Shown here: positions 1 to 9,892 of the stretch, piece by piece | Layout: each line of letters opens with the position of its first letter | How positions within the stretch are numbered: the stretch's first letter is position 1 | Assembly (NCBI GenBank): GCA_043753995.1 | Contig: JAYUVP010000043.1 | Location: forward strand, 1-58,368 | Length of the DNA: 58,368 nucleotides | Direction of reading: 5' to 3' | From: Fibrobacterota bacterium | Lineage (GTDB): Bacteria; Fibrobacterota; Fibrobacteria; UBA11236 | Position numbers and translations under genes: made by a program | The notes under the pieces: generated by a model | Told to the model about the DNA's origin: nothing | Databases searched by the model: none | The model's input: the letters and a program-made list of their open reading frames with translations, nothing else

Positions 1-476
1 CCGGTGTCCGGCAATTCGCTATGGATGAGCAAATCCAATTGCTCGATTTAAATGCTTGTGGCACAATGATATTGGAAACCCTTGGCTCGACTCAAGCCTT
101 GAAGCTTTATTGGAATGACCAAGGCACCCAGGACCGCACTCACTTCGATGACTTTGGCGCCTATGAAATGGCGAGTTGTATAGCCGAGCAAATCCGCCTT
201 AGCTTGCCAGACTTAGCAACTCATCTACGCTCCGAATTCAAAGGCTTTGATGCGAAGAGGCCCCACCCACCTGAATCGTGGCACTTGCCGTTAAGCGCCG
301 ACACCTCAATATGGCATACTCCTGCCAAAGCTACGGCATTAGCGCCACAATTTGGAAAAACGATGGGGAAACGAAACCGTCGAAATACGGTCAAATGGCG
401 GGCGAATAGATTAAAGTCGAGGTTATGGCCGCTTGATGGGCGCGTTATAAATAGCGTTCCTAAGACTGAATTCTAA
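1..476 (+). CDS. 3' part of an SGNH/GDSL esterase, rhamnogalacturonan acetylesterase-like (5' partial)
   Basis: Frame is open from the window edge (GVRQFAMDEQIQLLDLNA); DRTHFDDFGAYEMASCIAEQIR matches the SGNH block V D-x-x-H and RGAE-type C-terminus; basic tail ends ...WPLDGR. Confidence 0.7.
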   Translation, partial: GVRQFAMDEQIQLLDLNACGTMILETLGSTQALKLYWNDQGTQDRTHFDDFGAYEMASCIAEQIRLSLPDLATHLRSEFKGFDAKRPHPPESWHLPLSADTSIWHTPAKATALAPQFGKTMGKRNRRNTVKWRANRLKSRLWPLDGRVINSVPKTEF

Positions 477-478
477 AC

Positions 479-1315
479 TCAGGTGGCGTCACGCTTTTGC
501 TGACGCCAGTCATCCATCTTCACCACCTTAGCGCGCTGCTTTCTTTTCACTTCGCTGGCCTTTTCCAAAATCGCTTTTTCTTCTTCCGACAAGGCGCCAA
601 TGCCAAGGTCGGAGATTTTCTTGAGTATGGGATCGATGTCGACCATGGCCGTTTTCACATCCAGCTCAGCGCGACGTAAATCCTTTTCCATGCCGATTTG
701 CTTGCGCCGCTTCCACCGGCCTAAACTTTCAGTGACCCTATCTTCCATTCGAAACCACATCCAACCATAAAGCGCACCTCCCAAATGGGCGATATGGGCA
801 ATGCGATCGTTCGAGGTGATGACCAAAAGTTCAATAGCGCCGATAATGAGTACAGCGTAGCGGGCTTGCACTGGAAATAGGAAAAACATGAGAAATTCTT
901 GGGTGGGGAAAATGCGGGCAAAGGCGAAAAGCAAGGCGAAAAGGGCTCCGGAGGCTCCGATGACCACCGAAGGATTCCCGGTGGCCGCGAAGAAAATCAT
1001 GGAACACAGTCCGGCGAATAAGCCACTGCTCAAATAGAAAAACAGAAAACGCCGTTCACCGAAAACCGGCACCAAGGGCGCTCCGAACATGAAAAGCATG
1101 AGCATGTTGAAAAGAATGTGCAGAAAAGGCGGCGAAGGATCATGTACGAAGGCATAGGTGACCAAGCGCCAAATCTGAAACTTCTGGGTGATCTCCGCCG
1201 GATCGAGAGCGAACCAGCGATAGAAAAACTGCCCCTTGGTGAAATAATCCACCAGAAAAATACCGACATTGATGAGCAATAAAACCTTGAGAATGGGAGG
1301 CAATACGCGATTCAT
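479..1315 (-). CDS. Rhomboid family intramembrane serine protease
   Basis: WR motif, HILFNM, GASG catalytic Ser, AHIAHLGG catalytic His; multiple TM segments. Confidence 0.95.
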   Translation of the reverse strand: MNRVLPPILKVLLLINVGIFLVDYFTKGQFFYRWFALDPAEITQKFQIWRLVTYAFVHDPSPPFLHILFNMLMLFMFGAPLVPVFGERRFLFFYLSSGLFAGLCSMIFFAATGNPSVVIGASGALFALLFAFARIFPTQEFLMFFLFPVQARYAVLIIGAIELLVITSNDRIAHIAHLGGALYGWMWFRMEDRVTESLGRWKRRKQIGMEKDLRRAELDVKTAMVDIDPILKKISDLGIGALSEEEKAILEKASEVKRKQRAKVVKMDDWRQQKRDAT

Positions 1316-1842
1316 GATGCCGCCTTTTTCGCCGCGACTTCGGAGGCGAGGGCTTGTTCCTTCAACTTGGCTTGGAGCGCTTTTGCCACAGGAGGAGGTA
1401 TGAATTCCGCCAAGGTTTCTGGTGCCCCGCCTAGGCGGGCTACTTCGCGAATGATGGTACTGTTCAAATAGGTGTATTTCTCATTGGGGGTCAAATAAAC
1501 GGTTTCGCAAGAGGCTTCGAGTTTTTTGTTCATGAGCGCCATTTGAAATTCATATTCGAAATCGCTCACCGCTCGCAAGCCGCGAATCAATACTTGGGCG
1601 CCGCTTTGTCGGAGATATTCCACCGTCAAGCCCTCAAAACCGACAGCCTTCACATTAGGAAGGTGACCCGTCACGCTTCGAATCAATTCGAGCCTTTCGG
1701 GGAGCGAAAAGAGGGTGGTCTTACGTGAATTGATCGCCACCACGACATCCACGCTGGAAAAAAGCTTAGCCGCTCGTGCGAGAATATCGAGATGCCCATA
1801 GGTGATGGGATCAAATGTGCCGGGATAAATGGCCTTGGTCAC
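1312..1842 (-). CDS. coaD: Pantetheine-phosphate adenylyltransferase
   Basis: YPGTFDPITYGHLD and IRGLRAVSDFEYE motifs. Confidence 0.97.
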   Translation of the reverse strand: MTKAIYPGTFDPITYGHLDILARAAKLFSSVDVVVAINSRKTTLFSLPERLELIRSVTGHLPNVKAVGFEGLTVEYLRQSGAQVLIRGLRAVSDFEYEFQMALMNKKLEASCETVYLTPNEKYTYLNSTIIREVARLGGAPETLAEFIPPPVAKALQAKLKEQALASEVAAKKAAS

Positions 1843-1918
1843 GTTAGGAGCTCCGATGCAAGGGCCTTGTCAAAATATACTACTCGCCCACCCCCCAATA
1901 CGCGCGGCAAAACCTGAA

Positions 1919-2485
1919 TCAAGCGACCTGCAAATCGCTCAAGGCGAAAAAGGCTAGAGTCGATTCACCGTAGATTTTTTGCCTATGGGCTTGGGACGAG
2001 AAAGTGGGAGGTTGACGTGTCGGATACTGCACCACGGCAATGCCATCGGGTTTAAGCACCGCGGCCAGCATGGCTACGACCGGTGTGAAGTCTTGGTCGA
2101 AGGGCGGGTCGGCGAAGGCCACGTCAAAAGCGGCCTGGGATTCGGGCAAGTCACAATATTCGGCAGCTTCGATTTTCAAATATTCCAAGCGTCCCGGTGT
2201 CTGCTCCTTCGAGGCGACTAGGAGAGCATTATCTCGGAGCAATTGATAGGCTTGCACATGACGCTCCACGGCAACCACATGGCTAGCGCCACGACTGAGA
2301 GCTTCAAATGCGACAGCCCCGGAGCCAGCGAATAAATCGAGAAAGGATCCGCCTTCAAATCGACCGACAAGCATATTGAATAGAGCTTGCCTGACTTTGC
2401 CGGAGGTCGGGCGAATGACTCCGGCGCGGGTATTGGTTTTAAGAGGCAGGCCGCCTAAGAGCCCACCTTCGATACGAACTGACAT
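1919..2485 (-). CDS. rsmD: 16S rRNA m2G966 methyltransferase
   Basis: RPTSGKVRQALFN, LDLFAGSGA, DPPF; ATG 2485 (MSVRIEGG) fits the family N-terminus; rsmD-coaD adjacency is common. Confidence 0.92.
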   Translation of the reverse strand: MSVRIEGGLLGGLPLKTNTRAGVIRPTSGKVRQALFNMLVGRFEGGSFLDLFAGSGAVAFEALSRGASHVVAVERHVQAYQLLRDNALLVASKEQTPGRLEYLKIEAAEYCDLPESQAAFDVAFADPPFDQDFTPVVAMLAAVLKPDGIAVVQYPTRQPPTFSSQAHRQKIYGESTLAFFALSDLQVA

Positions 2486-2492
2486 GGCAGAC

Positions 2493-3464
2493 TCAGCCGC
2501 CGGGACGGCCGCCCACATAGGCCACCAAATCGAGATCGGCTATCATGTCTTCATCTCCGCGGGCCCGCAGGGAAACCCGCAAAACACCGAATGGCGCTTG
2601 GCTGGTGCGCAATTGCTCGAGAAAATCCTGCAACTTGTCATAGCTCGCCTCGGTTTCAGTCGCGAAGACTAGGCGCTTTACCCCACCGGCATTTTCGGTG
2701 CCCGTGAGCTTGGGCATGTGTAATTTAAGCCCCATACCTTCAGCCATGGAAACGGCATTGCGCAAGGCCGCATCGACCTTATTGCTTTGCACTACGCGAT
2801 CGGGAGACGCACCCATATTCGGCATGGGATATTCCACTTGGCAATAAAAGCTGAACTCTTGCACCTTGCGCGATCCCGCGCCAACGACCACATTTTTGCC
2901 TTCCCGAATTTGGGCGCCCGGCAAGGCTTGCAAGCCGGCCTTGAATCGTTCCAGGCTTTCGGGATTGTAGGCTAAGCCATGCACATAGAATTCACCCGGA
3001 GGAGTGAAAATGAATTGGGCAAAACCCACATCGACCGGGGTGATAGCCTTCACGTCTTTTAAAATGCGCTGCACGGTTTGCAATTGATAATCGACACGCT
3101 CCGATGGAACAAGATCGACATAGCCTCGCGGTTTCGGGGCGGCTTCCGCGCTGCGGGTCAATTCGGTGACAATGTCTTCCACGGCATCGCCCGTGGCTGG
3201 CGCCGCAGGTTCGATGGGCGGTGGCTCCGGTGGGGTTTCTACCACGGCGGATGCCGTCGTAGCGGGCTCAGGAGCTGCCGAGGCGACTGGTTCTTCGGAG
3301 CTGGGCATGAATAGCCCGCGTGCGAAATAGGCCGCCACACCGATCAAGGCGATGAGGGCCACCGTCACCAGAATTTTGCGCGAACCCGTGCTCGCTTCCG
3401 TCAGCGAAGTCAGAGGTTGCTTGGGTAATTCGCTTTTGAGCAAGTTAATCTTGATCATCAGCAA
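2493..3464 (-). CDS. PilN-like (possibly PilN/PilO-fused) membrane-anchored protein
   Basis: N-terminal IKINLL PilM-binding motif, single TM, Pro-rich linker; overlaps the pilM stop. Confidence 0.65.
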   Translation of the reverse strand: MLMIKINLLKSELPKQPLTSLTEASTGSRKILVTVALIALIGVAAYFARGLFMPSSEEPVASAAPEPATTASAVVETPPEPPPIEPAAPATGDAVEDIVTELTRSAEAAPKPRGYVDLVPSERVDYQLQTVQRILKDVKAITPVDVGFAQFIFTPPGEFYVHGLAYNPESLERFKAGLQALPGAQIREGKNVVVGAGSRKVQEFSFYCQVEYPMPNMGASPDRVVQSNKVDAALRNAVSMAEGMGLKLHMPKLTGTENAGGVKRLVFATETEASYDKLQDFLEQLRTSQAPFGVLRVSLRARGDEDMIADLDLVAYVGGRPGG

Positions 3465-4393
3465 TCCCCGCCGCGGCGAAGGGCCAAGCCGATGACACCG
3501 GCGAAACGCGGCGCCGTGGCCATCAATTCGGCCTGGGCATCATTTGTCGTCTGAAGTCCGATATTGCGAAAACAGTCGAGTGGCGTCGCTTCGATAGGCA
3601 GGCCCGATTCGAGTTCGGCGCGAAAATCCACGTCCAGCGCGAGATCCCCGCAAACCACGCAACTCTCCAAACCCCAATCTCCCTGGATGCGATCGGCGAT
3701 GGCATGCACCTCTCGCGTCAGGTCGCGAATGCGATTCATGCGATCACTGCCGCCGAGTTGGGCCAGGCTTTCGTCGACGCTACGAATGTCACAGCCTACA
3801 AATCCGCCATTATGCATTCGCAGGCATTTGAGACTATGCGCATCCGCCTTGATGAGCAAGGTTTTGAGCGGCAAGCGTTCGGGATAGTTGACTTCAAAAA
3901 CATTTTGTGCCGCGAAGAGATCCACATCAAGCACGGACAGAGGATGCCCGGTGTTTTCGATTAAAGCGCGTAACCGTTGCACTTCGCTGCGACGATAGGC
4001 CGCCACCAGGAAACACCGCGCCGTCTCTTCTCGATTGGGGCCAAGGGCCTGCCAATCCATCAAATATTCGGGCAGGGGATGCGCGAGATATTGCTCCATC
4101 TCCCATTCGATGGCGTCTTGCACATTGTCTTCGGCATTGGGTACTTCGACTTGTCGAATCAAGGCATGTTCGCCCGCCACGGAAGTCACGATTTCCGCGC
4201 GTTTATTGTGCACGCGTGAACCCAAGGTATTCCGCAAGGCGTCTTGCAAATAAGCCTCGTTGCCCCATTGATTCGCATCGAGAGGCTGTTCCGCCACCCA
4301 AAGGATTTGATTTTCCAGCGGCTGAAATTCCGCCAACTTCAGGGAAGCCGGCGAAATATCCAGGGCCACGATGCTGTGGGCGCTTTTCTTCAT
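3458..4393 (-). CDS. pilM: Type IV pilus assembly protein PilM (actin-like)
   Basis: VALDISPASLKLAE, IEWEMEQYL, VLDVDLFA, C-terminal IGLALR. Confidence 0.85.
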   Translation of the reverse strand: MKKSAHSIVALDISPASLKLAEFQPLENQILWVAEQPLDANQWGNEAYLQDALRNTLGSRVHNKRAEIVTSVAGEHALIRQVEVPNAEDNVQDAIEWEMEQYLAHPLPEYLMDWQALGPNREETARCFLVAAYRRSEVQRLRALIENTGHPLSVLDVDLFAAQNVFEVNYPERLPLKTLLIKADAHSLKCLRMHNGGFVGCDIRSVDESLAQLGGSDRMNRIRDLTREVHAIADRIQGDWGLESCVVCGDLALDVDFRAELESGLPIEATPLDCFRNIGLQTTNDAQAELMATAPRFAGVIGLALRRGGDC

Positions 4394-4447
4394 AGGCTCA
4401 TTATAGAATTTTAGGGTTTTTGAACTTCCTGCGGGCCATATTAAGGC

Positions 4448-4924
4448 TCATAGTATCAAACAGCCTCGCATTCGATCCAGCTTTTTCTGGCCTATTCCTT
4501 TGACGGAAAGCAAATCCTCGGGCTTTTGAAAAGGCCCTTTCTGACGCCGATAGGCCAATATGGCGGCTGCCGTTTTCTCACCCACGCCAGGTAAGCTGGA
4601 AAGCGACTCTTGGTCGGCCAGGTTGAGATTTACTGGACATTTCCCGGCTGCCTTGGTTTTTCCATGCGGGGAAGCGCCGTGGTGGGTCGGTTGTTCCCGG
4701 GACCGGTTCTCAGGCGACGCAGAAACAAGAGGGGTCGGTACCCAATTGACCGTCAGCGGCGGGGCGGCGGGCAGGCGTGAACCCGGCATGGGCAAAGGAG
4801 GCGGACCCAAAAAGGCTTGGCCCCAGCGGGTTTCATGGATTTGATGCGCCTTCAAGGCGCCGCCAAAGGAAAGCAAAGCGAACAATACAAGCAGGGCTTT
4901 TCGTTCACCGGGAGTCAATCGCAT
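4448..4924 (-). CDS. comEA: ComEA-like helix-hairpin-helix DNA-binding protein
   Basis: N-terminal TM (MRLTPGERKALLVL), VNLNLA...LPGVGEKTA...VKGIGQK tandem HhH; start at ATG 4924. Confidence 0.85.
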   Translation of the reverse strand: MRLTPGERKALLVLFALLSFGGALKAHQIHETRWGQAFLGPPPLPMPGSRLPAAPPLTVNWVPTPLVSASPENRSREQPTHHGASPHGKTKAAGKCPVNLNLADQESLSSLPGVGEKTAAAILAYRRQKGPFQKPEDLLSVKGIGQKKLDRMRGCLIL

Positions 4925-5018
4925 GTCAAACCTCCTTGCCGATGCTGGCAAATTAGGTTGTGCTTGCGGAAAAATCTGTGAGGGCGAACACACCCGCGTC
5001 TTTAGAGAATTGGAATCC

Positions 5019-6437
5019 TCAATCTCTGCCGAGAGAAGACAAGGCCAGCACAATTTCAGGGTCGAATTGGGTGCCCGAGCGCTTGCGAATGGATTGAATG
5101 GCCTCGCCTGGGCGCATGGGGCTGCGATAGGGCCGCGTGGAAGTCATGGCCACATAAGCGTCCACCACCGCGAGCAGACGCGCCGCGGAATCAATGGCAT
5201 GGCCCCGCTTGCCGCGCGGATAACCGGTGCCATCAAAAGCTTCATGCAAATCTTCCAGGGCTTGGGCCGCGGGCTGCATGCCCGGGACGTCGGAAAGCCT
5301 TTCCCTGGCCCATTGCGACTGTTGCTTGATGAAGCCGCGCTCTCGATCATCCAATGGACCGCGCTTGGTAAGAATGTCTTGGGGCACGCGAAGCTTGGAG
5401 AGATCATAGACTTGGCTGAGCAAATGCCAATCCTTCTCGCCCATATGACTCCAATCCATGGCGCGAATCAAGGAGCGACCCAGGGCAAAGACACGTTGCA
5501 GCTTGCTTTCATAATCGGAGCAATGCTGATCCACGAGTTGGCCAATCAAGTCCGCCCAGGCCGTCAAAGCCTTTTCCATGGGCGGAGTCGCACGCTCTTC
5601 GTGTCGATGAGCGCCTAAGGCACGCAAGTTCAGGCCGACATTGTCGGCAAGTTGGCTGGCCACTTCCAAATCCACCGCATCAAACTTGGGCTTGGCGAGA
5701 TCGCGGCGCACGAGCAAGGTGCCCACCATGGTCGAGCGCATTTGCACCGGAACACACAGGTAACGTCCGAAGGCACCTTCGGTTTGATCATGCCATTGCG
5801 GCTCGCCGGCCAGAAGGGATTTTTCCGCTAAGGTGAGAAGCACCGCTTGGCAGGGGAGCGTTTCCACCATGGGAATGAAGCGCGAGGCCGTGGCTAACAA
5901 AGAGGAGGTGCCAGGACCCCCTTGGTAAAACCAGCCTTCTTCTGCGCGCAATAATTTGGCTCCAACGCGGGCGGCTTCTAGGGCCAAGGTATCTGGGTGG
6001 GTCGCTTCGGCTAAAATCTTACCCGCCGCTTGCAAAGAAACGAGCCGCGCATACACAGCATTCTCTTCACGCATGCGACGCATGGTGATGGCGCGCTCCA
6101 AACGTTCGGCGACTTCTTCGAGGGCAAAAGGTTTCACCAAATAATCGAAAGCTCCTGCGCGCAAAGCCTTGATAGCGGTTTCTTGCGAAGGATAGCCTGT
6201 GGTGAAAAGAACGGGGAGATTGTAGCCGCGCTCTCGCACATCCTGCAAAAGATCGAAGCCGTCTGGCCCATGCAAATTCAGGTCCGTGACCAAGGCATCG
6301 TAAACGCCGGTTTCAAGTTTTTCCAAAGCTTCGTCGGCATGACCCACGGTGTCGACTTCATGTCCTTTGGTCGAAAGATAGCGGCGCAATAAATGCGCTA
6401 TCGCCTCTTCATCGTCACAAATCAGCAAGTGGGCCAT
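5019..6437 (-). CDS. Response regulator: REC + GAF-like + degenerate HD-GYP domain
   Basis: LLICDDE...TDLNL...KPF receiver; DGTGYPRG...VVDAYVAMTSTRPYR...GTQFDP. Confidence 0.9.
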   Translation of the reverse strand: MAHLLICDDEEAIAHLLRRYLSTKGHEVDTVGHADEALEKLETGVYDALVTDLNLHGPDGFDLLQDVRERGYNLPVLFTTGYPSQETAIKALRAGAFDYLVKPFALEEVAERLERAITMRRMREENAVYARLVSLQAAGKILAEATHPDTLALEAARVGAKLLRAEEGWFYQGGPGTSSLLATASRFIPMVETLPCQAVLLTLAEKSLLAGEPQWHDQTEGAFGRYLCVPVQMRSTMVGTLLVRRDLAKPKFDAVDLEVASQLADNVGLNLRALGAHRHEERATPPMEKALTAWADLIGQLVDQHCSDYESKLQRVFALGRSLIRAMDWSHMGEKDWHLLSQVYDLSKLRVPQDILTKRGPLDDRERGFIKQQSQWARERLSDVPGMQPAAQALEDLHEAFDGTGYPRGKRGHAIDSAARLLAVVDAYVAMTSTRPYRSPMRPGEAIQSIRKRSGTQFDPEIVLALSSLGRD

Positions 6438-6576
6438 GGTGGAGATATTCTGTCCTGGCCGGAAAACCCCAGCCATGACTCTTCTCCGATGTTAGAACAG
6501 CAAGACGCCCCAAAGCAAGCTTAACTCCATGGGCATTTCACCCCATGGGAAATAATTTACCGAAGATTGAATGTCT

Positions 6577-8214
6577 TTATTCCCGAAGGGCGGCCTTCAC
6601 CAATTCATAAAACAAGGGCGAAGGCGAAGGTAAGCTCGAAGTCAATTCTGGATGGAATTGGCAGCCCATGAAGAACCGCTTGCCCGGCAATTCCATGACT
6701 TGCATGATGTCTTCCCCGGGTGCCTTGCCGGAAAAAAGCAGGCCATGAGACTCAAGCTTTTGAATGTATTCGGGATTCACTTCATAACGATGACGAAAGC
6801 GTTGGCGCACCTTTTCACGTTTACCGAAAATCGCATAAGCTTGGCTGCCCGGCTTGATTTCCACGTCATGGCCGCCAAGGCGCATAGTGCCACCTTTTTG
6901 CGTCACATTGCGCTGGCCAGGCAAGATATCGATGATGGGGTGATCGACGCGCACGCCCTCTTCGGCCACCTCGGTGGTATTCGCACCCGCGAGACCACAA
7001 ACATTACGAGCGAATTCGACGACGGCCAATTGCATGCCATAGCATATGCCCAAATAGGGAAGGTCTTTCTCGCGGGCATACTGAATGATTTTCATTTTGC
7101 CTTCGATGCCGCGCTTGCCGAAGCCACCCGGCACGATGACTCCGTCAACACCTTGAAGTGCCTTGGCCGCCTCTTCCATGGTGCTGAGTGGGGTGGTATC
7201 GACCCATTGCAATTCGACACGACAGTCGAGATGAGCACCGCAATGTGTCAGAGCTTCCACGATGGAGGCATAGGAATCTTCCAGCGCGGTGTACTTACCG
7301 CACAAGGCAATGGTCACCACCTTGCGAGGCTTTTCGCGATTGCGTTTGATGTTTTCGACCCAAACCGCCCATTGACGTAAATCGGGCGGTGAGTAAAAGC
7401 CAAGTTCCGAATGCAAAATGGCTGGCAAACCTTCCCGCTCATAAATGAGCGGGATTTCATAAACCGATCGCACGTCCGGGCCCGAAATCACATGGCTGGC
7501 GGGAATATTGCAATAGGACGCGATTTTCTCTTTAATCGGAGCCGTCAAAAATTGTGGGCAGCGACCGATGACAACATCGGGCTCCATGCCTTTTTCATTG
7601 AGCAGGCGCACCGACATTTGCGTGGGCTTGCTCTTCTGCTCATTCACGCCTTCGGGAATGGGCACATAGGTAAGGTGTATATAAATGACATTGTCCTCAC
7701 CGACATCGCGCTTGAGCTGACGAATGGCCTCGAGGTAGAACTGATTCTCCAAGTCACCCACGGTGCCGCCCACTTCGATGAGCATGACATCGGCCTGCTC
7801 TTCGCGAGCGATATCGGCGAACCACTGCTTGATGCAGTCGGTGACATGGGGAATGAATTGCACGGTCTTGCCGAGATAATCGCCGCGGCGTTCGCGATCG
7901 AGTATGGTCTTGAAAACCTTGCCCATGGTCAAGTTCCAGTTGAACTTGCAGGATATTCCCATGAAGCGTTCATAGTGGCCGAAATCCATGTCGACTTCGC
8001 CGCCATCGTCGAGCACGAAAACCTCGCCGTGCTCAATAGGATTCATGGTTCCGGGATCGGTATTCAAGTAGCCGTCGCATTTGACGGGCACGACCTTGAG
8101 GCGACCGGAAATCAAATTGCCGATAGAAGCCGCGGCTATGCCCTTGCCCAAACCGGAGAGAACGCCGCCAGTCACGACGATATACTTGACGCTGGAATTC
8201 TTATGCTTGTTCAC
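6577..8214 (-). CDS. pyrG: CTP synthase
   Basis: VTGGVLSGLGKG, DPGTMNP, GICYGMQ, RHRYEVN, QFHPE. Confidence 0.98.
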   Translation of the reverse strand: MNKHKNSSVKYIVVTGGVLSGLGKGIAAASIGNLISGRLKVVPVKCDGYLNTDPGTMNPIEHGEVFVLDDGGEVDMDFGHYERFMGISCKFNWNLTMGKVFKTILDRERRGDYLGKTVQFIPHVTDCIKQWFADIAREEQADVMLIEVGGTVGDLENQFYLEAIRQLKRDVGEDNVIYIHLTYVPIPEGVNEQKSKPTQMSVRLLNEKGMEPDVVIGRCPQFLTAPIKEKIASYCNIPASHVISGPDVRSVYEIPLIYEREGLPAILHSELGFYSPPDLRQWAVWVENIKRNREKPRKVVTIALCGKYTALEDSYASIVEALTHCGAHLDCRVELQWVDTTPLSTMEEAAKALQGVDGVIVPGGFGKRGIEGKMKIIQYAREKDLPYLGICYGMQLAVVEFARNVCGLAGANTTEVAEEGVRVDHPIIDILPGQRNVTQKGGTMRLGGHDVEIKPGSQAYAIFGKREKVRQRFRHRYEVNPEYIQKLESHGLLFSGKAPGEDIMQVMELPGKRFFMGCQFHPELTSSLPSPSPLFYELVKAALRE

Positions 8215-8299
8215 GCGGGCAAAGATAACTCCCGGCCCCTGCCGACCTGATGCATTGGATGGCTTGAAAACGAGAAAAAGCGGGGACTAGGGCGGGTGC

Positions 8300-9049
8300 T
8301 TAGGCCCGGCGCGCGGTGGGAAAAGTCGCGACTAAACGGCTCGCTGAGACCAAATCGGCCTCCACATCCACGGATTGGCTATGCCCTACGAAAGCATGGG
8401 CTTTCAGTTCGTCCAAATCCGGCAATCGCAGCATTTCATGACTTAATGCCAATTCGCGTGCCGATGGCGGCAAGGCGGCATAGCGCTGTAGCCAAGGACG
8501 TGCATAGCCATAGGCACCGGCCTGCAAATGGGAGGAAAGGCCTCGCCAAAGTGGCTGCACCCGCCATAAGTCCACAATTCGGCCATTCGCATCGATTTCG
8601 GCTTTGACGCGATGAGGGTCTACCAAGGCCTCGGTAGGTGCAGGTTGCCGGTGCAGGAGCAAATGCGCTCCTTGGGGATTTCGGGCCAAACCCTCGGCAA
8701 GCTGGCGTAATCCCGAGGCTGGAAAAGCCGGTTCGTCCCCTTGCAAATTCACAAAGAGGTCGCCAGGCAATAAATGCAGGTGTTTGGCAATACGTTCAGT
8801 TCCATTGGTGGCATGGCCACCCAAACAGGCTTCATGCCCGGCGGCGACCACGATTTCGGCAAGTCGAGGATGATCGGTAATGCAAATCACGCGGGCAAAG
8901 CAATTCGCTTCAACGGCTCGGTCCAGGGTGTGCACCAGCAGGGGAATGCCCTGAATTGGCCGTAATAATTTCGCGGGTAGACGGCTGGAGTCGAGTCTCG
9001 CCGGTACCACGCAGGTGACGGTGAGGCTAGAGCCGGTCGTAAAACTCAT
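8300..9049 (-). CDS. kdsB: 3-deoxy-manno-octulosonate cytidylyltransferase (divergent)
   Basis: VPARLDSSRLPAKLL, GTER, NLQGDEP, SVD; next to pyrG. Confidence 0.85.
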   Translation of the reverse strand: MSFTTGSSLTVTCVVPARLDSSRLPAKLLRPIQGIPLLVHTLDRAVEANCFARVICITDHPRLAEIVVAAGHEACLGGHATNGTERIAKHLHLLPGDLFVNLQGDEPAFPASGLRQLAEGLARNPQGAHLLLHRQPAPTEALVDPHRVKAEIDANGRIVDLWRVQPLWRGLSSHLQAGAYGYARPWLQRYAALPPSARELALSHEMLRLPDLDELKAHAFVGHSQSVDVEADLVSASRLVATFPTARRA

Positions 9050-9081
9050 CGGACGCGCTCGGCGCTCGCTTCGCGGAGGCT

Positions 9082-9372
9082 TTAGCCGCCGATGACCTTG
9101 GGAATGGAAAAGTGGTCGAGATTGACCTCAGGGGCATTGCGAAAGGCTGCCTCCTTGGGCAACATCTCCCCTATCACGTCGGGACGCATGGGGCGCGGCG
9201 CGGTGTCGACGGCCAACATGGGTTCGACGTCTTTCAAATCCAGTTTTTGCAGGCTGTCGACATAATCCACCAATTGGCCCAGAGATTTCTCCATACGCCC
9301 CAATTCTTCGTCGGTGAAATGCAAGCGCGCCAACTTGGCCATTTTGAGGAGCTGTTCGCGTTCGACTGCCAT
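9082..9372 (-). CDS. gatC: Asp/Glu-tRNA amidotransferase subunit C
   Basis: AKLARL...MRPD...NAP...FSIPKVI. Confidence 0.95.
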   Translation of the reverse strand: MAVEREQLLKMAKLARLHFTDEELGRMEKSLGQLVDYVDSLQKLDLKDVEPMLAVDTAPRPMRPDVIGEMLPKEAAFRNAPEVNLDHFSIPKVIGG

Positions 9373-9451
9373 GAGAGACCCGTTGCCGAAAAGGTGAAGG
9401 AAGGTTCAAGTTTAGCAAAGTTGCACGGATTAAGCCGTGCTAACGCCCATT

Positions 9452-9892
9452 TCAGACAGCAGGCCAAACTCGGAAATTCAGTTTTGTTGAAAGTTGCCGC
9501 ATTTTATCATCTAGGGTAACCACCTCAAATTCTTCATCGCTTTTATCTCGAAAATACAGGGCTGTCGCCAAATGAATGGCATCCAAGGTACGGCACTCGG
9601 ATAAATGGCTTTCGCGCCGAATGATTTCCAGAATCGAAGTATCGATTTCCTTCAGAGTGATTTCTTGTAAAAGTTGGGAAAGAGCCGCAAGTCTGGGAGC
9701 CAACCATTTGTCGGAGGGGATGCCCTGCACGCGAAGGGCATTGCGCCGCAAGTTGATGAGGCATTCCGCTTCCAAAAGCAGAGAAGAAGTTTTGCTTTCG
9801 AATTCTTGCCACAATTCAGCGATGGTTTCACCGCTGGGTTGCTGCATCAGGAAAGCCAAAACCGCGCTGGAATCGAAGTAAGCAAATTTCAC
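9452..9892 (-). CDS. vapC: PIN-domain (VapC) toxin
   Basis: YFDSSA, RTLDAIHLATA, TLD motifs; GTGA overlap with the antitoxin stop. Confidence 0.9.
   Translation of the reverse strand: MKFAYFDSSAVLAFLMQQPSGETIAELWQEFESKTSSLLLEAECLINLRRNALRVQGIPSDKWLAPRLAALSQLLQEITLKEIDTSILEIIRRESHLSECRTLDAIHLATALYFRDKSDEEFEVVTLDDKMRQLSTKLNFRVWPAV

Noticed and set aside
6652..8250. Long + strand ORFs opposite pyrG (similar ones oppose leuA, recD2 and gatA)
   Set aside because: Typical antisense shadows of codon-biased genes
9082..9372. gatC separated from gatA (53619-55094), gatB absent from the window
   Set aside because: Split gat genes are common; not informative
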